Source: Thermomicrobiales bacterium
GTDB taxonomy: Bacteria; Chloroflexota; Chloroflexia; Thermomicrobiales; UBA6265
Length of the DNA stretch: 64,000 bases
Direction: 5' to 3'
Assembly: GCA_049841275.1 (NCBI GenBank)
Contig: JASGDN010000061.1
Span: 4,784-68,783 of the forward strand
Part shown: piece by piece, positions 37,059 to 46,638 of the stretch
Numbering within the stretch: position 1 is the stretch's first letter
Layout of the letters: every line of letters begins with the position of its first letter
Made by a program: the position numbers and the translations under genes
The notes under the pieces: model-generated
What the model was told of the DNA's origin: nothing
Database searches by the model: none
What the model saw: only the letters and a program-made list of their open reading frames with translations

Positions 37059-38429
37059 CTAGAGGTCGCCATAACGAAGATGTTCCCACGGGCTGACGTG
37101 CCGGCGGAAATCGGCCCATTCGGCCCGTTTCACGGTCAGCAGCTGGTCGAAGATGTAGGGGCCGATGGCGTTGCGGACGGTGTCATCGGCGGCCAGGGCG
37201 TCCAATGCTTCCCCGAGCGTGCTTGGGAGGCGAGGGACGCCGAGCCGGTTCAGCTCGTCATCGTCGTAGGCGACGAGGTTTTCGTCCACAGGGGCGGGCG
37301 GTTCTTCGCCGTTGCGGATGCCGGCCAACGCGGCTCCAAGCGTGGCGGCGATCAGCAGGTAGGGATTCGCCATCGCGTCCGGGCTACGGAGTTCGATGTC
37401 GGCGAGCTGGTCCGGGCTTGCCCCCGGCACGCGGATGAGCGATGCCTGGCTGACCCGTGCCCAGGTCGCATGACGCGGGGCGCGGTGGCCATCGGCGAGC
37501 CGCTTGTAGGAATTGACGGTCGTGCAGGCGATGGCGCTCATGCCCTGGGCGTTGGCAAGCTGTCCGCCAATGAAGTGACGCGCTGTTGTGGTGAGTCCGT
37601 CAGGCGAGCCGGGGTCGCGCAGGAGATCCTCGCTGTCCGGATAGCGGAGCAGGCGCTGGAAGAGATGCATGCCGGACCCTGGGGCGTCGGAGAAGGGCTT
37701 CGCCATGAAGGTCGCCCGGAGCCCCCGCCGTTGGGCGATCGAGCGGATGATCTGGCGGGTGGTGGTGATCTGGTCGGCGATGCGGATGCCACCCGCGTGC
37801 GTGAGGTCGAGTTCCTGCTGGCCGGGTCCGGTCTCGTGGTGGGCGCCGCCGACCCCGACACCCATAGCCTGCAGGCTGGCGACGATCTCGTCGCGCGTTT
37901 CGGAGAGCACATCCTCACCGATGTCGAAATAGCCGGCGGCATCGGTCGAGGGCAGGAGCGTGTTGTCTGTCTGACGGCCCTTCAGGAGATAGAACTCCAT
38001 CTCCGCGCCAACCCGGTAGTCGAACCCCATGTCGGCTGCCTTGCGCAACTGGGTCTCCAGGGTCGAGCGGGGATCGCCGGCGAACGCCTGTCCGTCGCGG
38101 CGCAGGACCCAGCAGAAGAGCTGGGCGCGGCGAATGGTGCCGTCGCGGACCGGGGCGATGAGCAAGGTCGTGGGGTCCGGGGCGAGGTAGAGGTCGAGTT
38201 CGACCTGCCGCTCGCCGCCGGTCAACGCGGCGCCATCGAACCGATAGCCATGGCGAAAGGTGTATTCGAGGATATTGGCGGGGATGGTCAGGGCCTTCAT
38301 CCCGCCCGAGATGTCGCTGAACTGGAGGTCGACGATGCGGATGTCGCTCTCCGTGATGCGGGCCAGCGCCTCCGCGATGTGTTCTTCGCGTTGCTGGGGC
38401 TCCGCCGATCCAAACTCGAAACCGGACAT
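37059..38429 (-). CDS. Glutamine synthetase family protein (type I-like)
   Basis: Start at MSGFEFG (38429), preceded by GAGGAG. The beta-grasp is IVDLQFSDISGGMKALTIP. Catalytic motifs are GAEMEFYL, HHETGPGQQE, GSGMHLF and NSYKRL. Confidence 0.85.
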   Translation of the reverse strand: MSGFEFGSAEPQQREEHIAEALARITESDIRIVDLQFSDISGGMKALTIPANILEYTFRHGYRFDGAALTGGERQVELDLYLAPDPTTLLIAPVRDGTIRRAQLFCWVLRRDGQAFAGDPRSTLETQLRKAADMGFDYRVGAEMEFYLLKGRQTDNTLLPSTDAAGYFDIGEDVLSETRDEIVASLQAMGVGVGGAHHETGPGQQELDLTHAGGIRIADQITTTRQIIRSIAQRRGLRATFMAKPFSDAPGSGMHLFQRLLRYPDSEDLLRDPGSPDGLTTTARHFIGGQLANAQGMSAIACTTVNSYKRLADGHRAPRHATWARVSQASLIRVPGASPDQLADIELRSPDAMANPYLLIAATLGAALAGIRNGEEPPAPVDENLVAYDDDELNRLGVPRLPSTLGEALDALAADDTVRNAIGPYIFDQLLTVKRAEWADFRRHVSPWEHLRYGDL

Positions 38430-38831
38430 CTTCAGGCTCCTCGTACCAAACGCCGCCGGTATGGAAGGCGGCACTACACTGTTTTCTGAAGGGATTATGT
38501 GCGGAGCATCCAAACCCATGCCAGTGGAAGACACGAGACGACCGTCGTACCGGGAACGACAACGCCCAATCTGTCGATCCCGATTCAGGAATCATGCATA
38601 CAGCCTAGCTGCCGGGCGTTGCTTCTGCCCTGTGCATGCTGTCGAAGTGTTTGGGCATTGCGTCTAAAAAGGACTCATTACGATCTTGGCGTTCCGTACC
38701 TGTTTCCGTGACAGACCGGGAAATACACTGAAAACTCCCACAATGGCGTGGATTGGGTGGGTTGTGTTGCCTGCGGGAGCGGATCGGCGTCGATCGTCTC
38801 TCAGGCCTGAGGCGATGCGAACCCAACTGGT

Positions 38832-38847
38832 TGTGTCGGATTTCACA
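38832..38847. promoter_or_regulatory. CRP/FNR-family-like site TGTGT-N6-TCACA upstream of gltB
   Basis: TGTGTCGGATTTCACA matches TGTGA-N6-TCACA at 9 of 10 positions. It is ~165 nt upstream of the gltB start, in a ~580-bp divergent spacer. Confidence 0.3.
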
Positions 38848-39011
38848 ATCGCGCCGCGCAGCCACTCGTTTCCGGGGTTACGTCACTCGCGGCTGGCGCT
38901 CGCCGGTCCGCCGATCTCTTGCGTCGAACGTCGTGCGCCACCTGGGACACCCGTCCGTTCATCGGGAACGAGACGCCCATGCCCGCAACGCGCATACGAA
39001 GGAATACAGGT

Positions 39012-42000
39012 ATGACCGATTCGCTCCTGCCCCGCGTGGATGCCCCGCTCCATTCGCCCACTTACGAACACGATTCGTGCGGTGTCGGTCTTGTGGTCAA
39101 TATTGCCGGGAAACCCTCTCGTTCCATCGTGGAGCGGGCGCTGGCCGGGTTGGTGAATCTGACGCATCGTGGTGGCGTGGGGGCGGATCCGCGTACCGGC
39201 GACGGTGCGGGCATCCTGCTTCAGGTTCCGCATGCGCTCTTTGCCGGCATGGTGAACGGCGCGGACAAGGGTGCGTATGGTGTCGCGATGGCCTTCCTGC
39301 CTCGCGACGAGGCGAAGCTGTCGCCGGCGAAGGGTTTCTTTGCGACTGCCGCCGCGGACCGTGGGCTGGATCTGATCGGGTGGCGCGACGTGCCGGTCGA
39401 TCCCGCCGTGCTCAGCGAAACAGCGGAGCAGACGCGCCCGACCATCGCACAGGCGCTGATCGCGCGGCCAGCCGGGATCGGGGCGGAGGCATTCGAGCAT
39501 GCGCTGGTGCTCTACCGGCGTGCTGTCGAGCGGGCAGCGCAGGCGGAGGGCTTCACCGATGCCGATCTCTTCATCGCGTCCTGCTCCGCGCGTACGGTGA
39601 TCTACAAGGGGTTCTGCCTGCCAGAGGATCTCGCTTCCTTCTATCCGGACCTCCAGAACCCGGCAGTCGAGAGTGCGATCGCCCTCTTCCACCAGCGATA
39701 CAGCACCAACACGTTCCCGACCTGGGGCCTCGCCCAGCCGTTCCGCCTGATCGCCCACAACGGCGAGATCAACACCGTCCAGGGCAACCGCCTCTGGATG
39801 CAGGCGCGGACGCCGTCGCTGGCACTGCCCGGCGTCACCTCCGAGGAACTCTGCCCGGTCGTCTCGATGGCCGGCTCGGATTCCCTCTCGCTGGACAACA
39901 CCATCGAGCTGCTGAACCTCAGCGACCGTTCCCTGCCACGGGCGCTGATGATGTGTGTACCGGAGCCATGGGAGCAATATGCGGACATGGACCCGGCGCG
40001 GCGCGCCTTCTACGACTTCAACGCTGGCCTGCTGGAGCAGTGGGACGGTCCGGCGGCGCTTGGCTTTTCCGATGGCGTCCTCGCGGGCGCCACGCTGGAC
40101 CGCAACGGCCTGCGGCCGTTCCGCTTTTCCATCACGGCAGACGGGCTCTTCATCGGTGGCTCGGAGGCGGGCACGGTGGAGATCGACCAGGAGACGGTGA
40201 TCGAGAAGGGGCGACTCGGTCCGGGCCAGATGATCCTGATCGACACGGAGAAGGGCGTTGTCGTTCGCAACGACGAGCTGAAGAACGGGATTGCCCAGGG
40301 CCAACCCTACGCGCAGTGGCTGCAGGAGAACCGCATTCGCCTCGACATCCAGCCCGAGCCGGACGAGGACTCGCCGGTGCCGCCGGATGCCGACGCCAAG
40401 ACGCGCGCCGCGTTGACGAAGGCCGATCCAAAGGTGGTTGCCCGGCAACGGGCCCTTGGCTACACCGCCGAGGACCTGCGCCTGATCGTCACGCCGATGG
40501 CGGGCGAGCGCAAGGAGCCGACCTGGTCGATGGGCGACGATGCGCCGCTGGCCGTCCTTTCCGATGTGCCGCGCCCGCTCACCGCCTATTTTCGCCAGCG
40601 GTTCGCCCAGGTCACGAACCCGGCGATCGACTCGCTGCGCGAGCGGCGCGTGATGGCGCTGGATACCTTCGTCGGGCCGCGCGGCAACCTGCTGGCCGAG
40701 ACGGCAGAGCAGGCGAAGCTGATCCACCTCAAGAGCGTCGTGCTCTGGCCGAGCGAACTCCAGGCTGTCCGCACGCAGACCGCGCTGAAGGTGGCCGAGA
40801 TCGGCACCGTCTTTGCGGTCGCGGAGCCGGACGGCGCGTTGCAGGCGAAGCTGGAGGCGGTCATCGCGGAGGCCGAGCAGGCCGTCCGCGATGGCGCCCA
40901 GGTCCTTGTCTTCTCCGACCGGGGGTTGGATGAGCGACATGCCGTGGTGCCAATGCCGCTCGTGATCGGCGGCGTCCATCATCACCTGATCGTGGCCGGC
41001 TTGCGCGACCGTGCGGATCTCATCGCGGAGTCCGGCGAGGTCTTCGACGTGCATCAGCTTGCCGTGCTCATCGGCTACGGTGCGTCGGCAGTACATCCGT
41101 GGATGGCGCTGGAGGCCAGTTCGCAACTCGCTGGACAGCGCGGGTACGAAGACATTCGCCCGCTGGAGTTGCGCCGCAACTATCTCTACTCGATGGAGTA
41201 CGGCTTCCTGAAGGTCACCTCCAAGATGGGCATCTCGACGGCCAGCGGGTATCGTGGCGCCCAGATCTTCGAGATCCTCGGGCTCGGCCCGGAGATCGTG
41301 GAGCGGTGCTTCCGGGGAACGCCGTCGCGGCTCGGCGGTATCGGGTTCGCCGAGGTCGAGGCGGACATCCGGACGCGGCATACGGCGGCCTTTGCCGAGA
41401 TGGCGGCGCGCTTGCCGGACTTCGGCGTCGTGAAGTTCAAGAAGGACGGCGAGGCGCATGCCTATGCCCCGACCATCGTCAAGGCCATGCAGAAGGCGAC
41501 GGCCGAGAACGACCGCGAGGCCTACGAGACCTATCGCGACCTCGTCCGCCAGCAACCGAAGACGGCGATTCGCGACCTGTTGCGGATCAAGCCGATAGGA
41601 CCGTCTATCCCGGTCGATGACGTGGAGCCGGCTTCGGCGATCACGAAGCGATTCATCGTCACGGCGATGTCGCTCGGCTCGCTGAGTCCGGAAGCGCATC
41701 AGACGCTCGCCATTGCCATGAACCGCATCGGTGGCCGTTCCAACTCCGGTGAGGGCGGGGAAGATCCGAACTGGTACGACGACAAGATTGGCGATATCCG
41801 GCACAACAAGGTGAAGCAGGTCGCATCCGGCCGGTTCGGCGTCACCGCGCGTTACCTGACGAATGCCGAGGAGCTGGAGATCAAGGTCGCCCAGGGCGCG
41901 AAGCCGGGCGAGGGCGGCCAGTTGCCGGGCTTCAAGGTCACGGCCTTCGTCGCCCGCATGCGGCACGCGGTGGAAGGGCTGCCGCTCATCTCGCCGCCGC

Positions 42001-43541
42001 CGCACCACGATATCTACTCGATCGAAGACCTTGCCCAGCTCATTTACGACCTGCGCCAGGTGAATCCGAAGGCGAAGATCGGCGTCAAGCTGGTCGCGGA
42101 GGCCGGCGTCGGCACCGTGGCGGCGGGGGTTGCCAAGGCGCGTGCCGACTACATCCTCATTTCCGGGCACACGGGCGGCACCGGGGCGGCGCCGCTCGCC
42201 TCGATCAAGCATGCCGGCGTCTCCTGGGAGCTGGGCTTGGCGGAGACGCAGCAGACACTGGTGATGAACCAGCTGCGGTCGCGCGTCCGCTTGCGCACGG
42301 ACGGCGGCATCAAGACGCCGGAGGATGTCCTCTTCGGCGCGATCTTCGGGGCGGACGAGTTCGGGTTTGGCACGTCGATCCTCGTTGCCATCGGCTGCGA
42401 CATGGCGCGCCAGTGTCACCTGAACACATGCCCGACCGGGATCGCCACCCAGCGCGAGGACTTGCGTGCGAAGTTCACCGGCACGCCGGAGATGGTGATC
42501 GCGTACTTCGAGCAGTTGACCCAGGCATTGCGCGAGCTGATGGCATCCCTGGGCATCCGCACGCTGGCGGACCTGATCGGGCGGACCGATCTGCTGGAGC
42601 CGGTGGAGCTGGAGGGTCGGGCGGCGATGCTCGACCTCAGCGCGCTCCTGACGGAACCGGTGCCGGCGGAGCAACGCCGCAAGCTGATCGATGTCGACCA
42701 TAACGCCGACGAGACGCTGGACGATCGTATCCTCAAGGCGATCGAGCCGCACCTCGCGCGGGGTGAGGCCGTCGAGTTCAGCAGCACGATCGAAACAGAG
42801 CATCGTACGGTCGGGGCGCGCATCGCGGGTGCGATGTCGCTGCTCCGCGAGCCGCGCCCCGATGGCGAGCCGATTCGTCTCGACCGGGTGAGCCTCCACT
42901 TCTCCGGGAGTGCCGGGCAGAGCTTCGGGGCCTTCGCGGTGCCGGGACTCTCGCTCACGCTGGAGGGTGAGGCGAACGACTACGTCGGCAAGGGCATGAG
43001 CGGTGGCGAAATCGCCATCTTCCCCATTCGCAACGCAGCCTTCGACACGCCGCAGGCCATTGCCGGCAACACCATCCTGTACGGGGCGACGGGCGGTACC
43101 GTGTTCCTTGCGGGGCGCGTCGGCGAGCGGTTCGCGGTGCGGAACAGCGGTGCGACGGCGGTGGTCGAGGGGGTGGGCGATCACGGCCTCGAATATATGA
43201 CGGGCGGTACGGCAGTGATCCTCGGCCCGACCGGGCGCAACTTCGGCGCCGGCATGACGAATGGCGTCGGCTATGTCCTCGATGTCGATGGTCGGTTCGA
43301 GAGCCGCATCAACGCCGAGTCGATTTCGCTGGTTGAGGTTCCTGCCAACGAGGCGATCGAGTTGAAAGCCCTGATCGAGCGGCATGTGGAGGCCACCGGC
43401 AGCGCCTATGCCTCCAGGCTGCTTGCAGCCTGGGACGAAACGCTGCCCCGTTTCTGTCGTGTCACGCCCAATGCGGTGCTCGAACTCGCCGTGTTGCGTG
43501 CCGAAGCCGAGAAGGAGGCAACTGCGGGCGCGGCGGACTAG
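39012..43541 (+). CDS. gltB: Glutamate synthase large subunit
   Basis: Start at MTDSLLPRV. The amidotransferase N-terminus is ..YEHDSCGVGLVVNIAG... FMN and Fe-S regions are ..SNSGEGGE..KVAQGAKPGEGGQLPG..ISPPPHHDIYSIEDLAQLI..CHLNTCPTGIATQ... The C-terminal GXGXG repeat domain is present. 1509 aa, uninterrupted. Confidence 0.95.
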   Translation: MTDSLLPRVDAPLHSPTYEHDSCGVGLVVNIAGKPSRSIVERALAGLVNLTHRGGVGADPRTGDGAGILLQVPHALFAGMVNGADKGAYGVAMAFLPRDEAKLSPAKGFFATAAADRGLDLIGWRDVPVDPAVLSETAEQTRPTIAQALIARPAGIGAEAFEHALVLYRRAVERAAQAEGFTDADLFIASCSARTVIYKGFCLPEDLASFYPDLQNPAVESAIALFHQRYSTNTFPTWGLAQPFRLIAHNGEINTVQGNRLWMQARTPSLALPGVTSEELCPVVSMAGSDSLSLDNTIELLNLSDRSLPRALMMCVPEPWEQYADMDPARRAFYDFNAGLLEQWDGPAALGFSDGVLAGATLDRNGLRPFRFSITADGLFIGGSEAGTVEIDQETVIEKGRLGPGQMILIDTEKGVVVRNDELKNGIAQGQPYAQWLQENRIRLDIQPEPDEDSPVPPDADAKTRAALTKADPKVVARQRALGYTAEDLRLIVTPMAGERKEPTWSMGDDAPLAVLSDVPRPLTAYFRQRFAQVTNPAIDSLRERRVMALDTFVGPRGNLLAETAEQAKLIHLKSVVLWPSELQAVRTQTALKVAEIGTVFAVAEPDGALQAKLEAVIAEAEQAVRDGAQVLVFSDRGLDERHAVVPMPLVIGGVHHHLIVAGLRDRADLIAESGEVFDVHQLAVLIGYGASAVHPWMALEASSQLAGQRGYEDIRPLELRRNYLYSMEYGFLKVTSKMGISTASGYRGAQIFEILGLGPEIVERCFRGTPSRLGGIGFAEVEADIRTRHTAAFAEMAARLPDFGVVKFKKDGEAHAYAPTIVKAMQKATAENDREAYETYRDLVRQQPKTAIRDLLRIKPIGPSIPVDDVEPASAITKRFIVTAMSLGSLSPEAHQTLAIAMNRIGGRSNSGEGGEDPNWYDDKIGDIRHNKVKQVASGRFGVTARYLTNAEELEIKVAQGAKPGEGGQLPGFKVTAFVARMRHAVEGLPLISPPPHHDIYSIEDLAQLIYDLRQVNPKAKIGVKLVAEAGVGTVAAGVAKARADYILISGHTGGTGAAPLASIKHAGVSWELGLAETQQTLVMNQLRSRVRLRTDGGIKTPEDVLFGAIFGADEFGFGTSILVAIGCDMARQCHLNTCPTGIATQREDLRAKFTGTPEMVIAYFEQLTQALRELMASLGIRTLADLIGRTDLLEPVELEGRAAMLDLSALLTEPVPAEQRRKLIDVDHNADETLDDRILKAIEPHLARGEAVEFSSTIETEHRTVGARIAGAMSLLREPRPDGEPIRLDRVSLHFSGSAGQSFGAFAVPGLSLTLEGEANDYVGKGMSGGEIAIFPIRNAAFDTPQAIAGNTILYGATGGTVFLAGRVGERFAVRNSGATAVVEGVGDHGLEYMTGGTAVILGPTGRNFGAGMTNGVGYVLDVDGRFESRINAESISLVEVPANEAIELKALIERHVEATGSAYASRLLAAWDETLPRFCRVTPNAVLELAVLRAEAEKEATAGAAD

Positions 43542-43772
43542 CCTTGGGGGCCGGGACATTACGCGGTCGGGTCTCGGTGGTGTGAGTGCCAGGTTGGCCG
43601 AGACGGTCCTTACCAAATCCCGTTCGATAGGCAAAAGGCGGGACCGTCCATTGTCGGGGCGATCCTCGCAATGGCGACCGGTGATCGCCCCTCCATGGAA
43701 TGACCGGTCCGGATTGGCAACCTTTTCGGATTCGGCTGTAGGGCACGGAACTCGGATCCCAGAAAGATGGAA

Positions 43773-43806
43773 ACGCCCGCCCCGGCACCAGAGCCGGGGC
43801 GGGCGT
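43773..43806 (-). terminator. Rho-independent-like terminator of the siderophore ABC operon
   Basis: ACGCCCGCCCCGGC-ACCAGA-GCCGGGGCGGGCGT forms a 14-bp GC stem 30 nt past the minus-strand stop (43836). On the minus strand it is followed by the T-rich TTCCATCTTTCTG. Confidence 0.6.
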
Positions 43807-43835
43807 CGATGGTCGACAGGATCGCCGGGCATTGG

Positions 43836-45524
43836 CTACACGGCGATAGCGATCGGTTCCTCATTGGTGAAAGGGTCGGTCTCGGCGCGTTCGACCTCCG
43901 CGACTGGAGTGGCGGAGACGGTGCGCACGGGCATGATCATTACCGAACCGGTCTGCGGATCGATATGGACTGTTGCCTCGATCTCGAAGACCTCTCGCAA
44001 GGTAGACGGCGTAAGGACTTGCGACGGCGTGCCGTGGGCGATCACCTTGCCGTCCTTCATCGCCACGATCACATCGGCGTAGCGTGCGGCCATGTTCAGG
44101 TCGTGGAGAATCATCACCACACTGTAGCCAAGCTCACGGTTCAATTGCCTGGCCATGTCGAGCAGGTCGATCTGGGCGGACATGTCGAGGAACGTGGTCG
44201 GTTCGTCGAGCAGGAGGACGGGAGTGTTCTGTGCCAGCGTCATGCCGAACCAGGCACGCTGACGCTGGCCACCGGAGAGCGCCTCGAGGTCCTGGTGGCG
44301 GAACTCGGTGAGGTTCGTGTGGATCAGCGCCTCGTCCACCCGGTGCTCGTCCGTGGCGCTCCATTGACGGAGGAGTCCCTGATGAGGCACGCGACCCGAC
44401 GCAACGAGGTCCTCCACCGAGAAGCCGGACGGTGGCACTGGCCCTTGCGAGAGGAGGGCCATGCGCTTCGCCAGGGCCTTGTGCGAGCCGGAGGCGACCT
44501 CCTTGCCATCAAGGGTGATGGTGCCCTTCGAACGCTTCAGCAACCGGGCGCAGGAGCGGAAGAGGGTCGACTTGCCGCAGGCATTCGGACCGACAATGGC
44601 GATCATCTTCCCGGCAGGCAGGTCCAGTGAGAGATCGTCGATGATCGTCGTCCGGCCGTAACCGGTACGCAGTCCCTGGATAGCGAACTGGCCAGTGGTT
44701 CCGTATGGAGAGGGAGAAGCTATCTCGGACGCGCTCGATACGACCGTGTTGCTGCGAGGCATGCAGAAGCAGTGGTTGCGCGTACTGTGGGGATAGATGT
44801 CGCAGGTGACGCCATAGAGCGCATGGAGGGCGTCCGGCTGGAAGACCTCATCGGGTGTGCCTTCCTTGACGATCACGCCAGCACGCATCGCCACAATACG
44901 GTCGGAGATGCGTGCGGCCTCGTTGATGTCGTGGAGGACCATCACGATCGTCTTGCCCTCCACCCGGTTCAGGTGCTCCACCAGGTCGAGGACTTCGAGT
45001 TGGTGAGCCACATCGAGGAAGGTGGTTGGCTCGTCGAGCAGCAGGATCGGTGTGTCCTGGGCGACGGCCATGGCGATCCAGGCGCGCTGGCGCTGACCGC
45101 CGGAAAGCTGGTCGACAGCGCGCTTGCGCAATTCCTGCATGTTGGTGAGATAGAGGGCACGATCGACGGCGGCCTCGTCCTCGGCGGAGGGCGGCTGGAA
45201 GAAGGACTGGTGCGGATAGCGTCCCCGCCGGACCAGGTCCTCGACCATGATGCCCTGCGGGACGATCGCCTGCTGGGACTGGAGGCCGAGCCGTTTCGCG
45301 ACCTCGCGTGTCGGATAGGTGTGGATCAGCTGGCCATCGAGATGAACCTGTCCGGAGACGGGGTCCAGCAACCGGGCGAGCCCGCGCAGGAGCGTGGATT
45401 TGCCGCAGCCGTTCGGGCCGATGATCGTGGTGATCTTGCCATCCTCGATCTCGAGGCTGAGATTCTTCACGATGACGGCGTCGCCATAGCCGAGGGAGAG
45501 ATCCTTCGCGTCGAGTCGGCTCAT
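43836..45524 (-). CDS. Iron-siderophore ABC transporter ATPase, tandem fusion of two FecE/FepC-like NBDs
   Basis: 562 aa with two complete motif sets. These are Walker A GPNGCGKST and GPNACGKST, two LSGGQRQR signatures, two LLLDEPT Walker B motifs, and H-loops MVLHD and MILHD. Confidence 0.88.
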   Translation of the reverse strand: MSRLDAKDLSLGYGDAVIVKNLSLEIEDGKITTIIGPNGCGKSTLLRGLARLLDPVSGQVHLDGQLIHTYPTREVAKRLGLQSQQAIVPQGIMVEDLVRRGRYPHQSFFQPPSAEDEAAVDRALYLTNMQELRKRAVDQLSGGQRQRAWIAMAVAQDTPILLLDEPTTFLDVAHQLEVLDLVEHLNRVEGKTIVMVLHDINEAARISDRIVAMRAGVIVKEGTPDEVFQPDALHALYGVTCDIYPHSTRNHCFCMPRSNTVVSSASEIASPSPYGTTGQFAIQGLRTGYGRTTIIDDLSLDLPAGKMIAIVGPNACGKSTLFRSCARLLKRSKGTITLDGKEVASGSHKALAKRMALLSQGPVPPSGFSVEDLVASGRVPHQGLLRQWSATDEHRVDEALIHTNLTEFRHQDLEALSGGQRQRAWFGMTLAQNTPVLLLDEPTTFLDMSAQIDLLDMARQLNRELGYSVVMILHDLNMAARYADVIVAMKDGKVIAHGTPSQVLTPSTLREVFEIEATVHIDPQTGSVMIMPVRTVSATPVAEVERAETDPFTNEEPIAIAV

Positions 45525-45526
45525 GA

Positions 45527-46618
45527 CTACATCCTCACGTTGGAACGATAGAGTAGGAAGAGGAAGTACGGGGCGCCCACGGCAGCCGTCACCACGCCGA
45601 CCGGCAGGCTGACGGGCAGGAAGTGCTGGGCGACAGTGTCTGCTGCCAGCAGGAAGAAGGCGCCCATGAAGGCGGTGAGGATGAGGACACTGCTGGAGAG
45701 CGCTCCAGCGAGCATCCGCGCCATGTGCGGCACCATCAGGGCCACGAAGCCGATTGGCCCAGCCACGGCGACGGAGACCGCCGCCAGCGCGCAGCCGACC
45801 ACGATCAGGCTGAGGCGCAGGCGTTCGACCGGCATCCCGAGCCCGCGCGCGACATCGTCACCGAGCTGCAGGACGCGTAGATACCACATGAGGGCGATGG
45901 CCAATGGCAGGCAGATGATGAGGAAGCCGAGCAGGACTTTCACATCGCGCCAGTTGGAGCCGTAGATCGATCCCATGGTCCAGACGATGGCCGGCCTCAC
46001 CTGTTCGATCGGGAACCGGACGGTGATGAGCGTGGTGAGGGCGCTGATCGCGGCGCCGACGCCGATGCCGACGAGGATCAGCCGGTTCGGGGAGATACCG
46101 CCCTTCCAGGAGAGGGTGTAGACCAGGAAGGCGGCAGCCAGGGCGCCGATGAAGGCCGCCAGTGGCAGGAGCGAGGCGCTGAACCCGAAGACGATCCAGA
46201 AGACGGCCACCAGGCTGGCGCCGGTATCGATACCGATGATGTCCGGCGAGACGAGCGGATTGCGGACGAGGCCCTGGAACACCGCACCCGCCACGGCGAG
46301 CGCCGCGCCGATGAGCATCGCGCAGATCACGCGTGGCAGGCGCAGCGTGCGCACGATGAAGAGCTGGTCCTCGTCGCCCTTGCCGAAGATGGCGCGGACG
46401 ACATCCATGAACGGGATCGAGTAGCTGCCGCGCGTCATGGCGAAGACCGCGAGCGTCATCGTCAGCGCGAGGACGATCAGCGCAATGCCGATGACGCGGA
46501 GATTGAGACGAACGGCCAGCGGACCGGTGCGGATGGTGATGTGTCCCGGCTTGTCGTGCGGGGCCGGGATCTGCTGGCCGGCGGTCGCGGGGGTGGTCGA
46601 AAGATCGAGGGTTGCCAT
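45527..46618 (-). CDS. FecCD-family iron-siderophore ABC permease
   Basis: 363 aa. Contains ..RLPRVICAMLIGAALAVAGAVFQGLVRNPLVSPDIIGIDTGA..GPIGFVALMVPHMARML.., typical FecCD/BtuC motifs. Confidence 0.88.
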   Translation of the reverse strand: MATLDLSTTPATAGQQIPAPHDKPGHITIRTGPLAVRLNLRVIGIALIVLALTMTLAVFAMTRGSYSIPFMDVVRAIFGKGDEDQLFIVRTLRLPRVICAMLIGAALAVAGAVFQGLVRNPLVSPDIIGIDTGASLVAVFWIVFGFSASLLPLAAFIGALAAAFLVYTLSWKGGISPNRLILVGIGVGAAISALTTLITVRFPIEQVRPAIVWTMGSIYGSNWRDVKVLLGFLIICLPLAIALMWYLRVLQLGDDVARGLGMPVERLRLSLIVVGCALAAVSVAVAGPIGFVALMVPHMARMLAGALSSSVLILTAFMGAFFLLAADTVAQHFLPVSLPVGVVTAAVGAPYFLFLLYRSNVRM

Positions 46619-46638
46619 TTGGTTGCCGCTCCCGAGCG

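Noticed and set aside
38940-39011. Possible glutamine-riboswitch-like elements (CGTTCATCGGGAACG hairpin at 38956-38970, GAAGGAA near the gltB start)
   Set aside because: Only fragments resemble the glnA-RNA consensus as I recall it, and the conserved GGACGGAAG-type core is absent. This cannot be supported without a covariance-model scan.
38883-43832. 1649-aa minus-strand ORF (and the 726-aa plus-strand ORF 38753-40933) covering the gltB locus
   Set aside because: They lie antisense or out of frame to an unmistakable, full-length gltB. The translations are Arg/Gly/Pro/Asp-rich low-complexity sequence typical of shadow ORFs in high-GC DNA, with no motifs.
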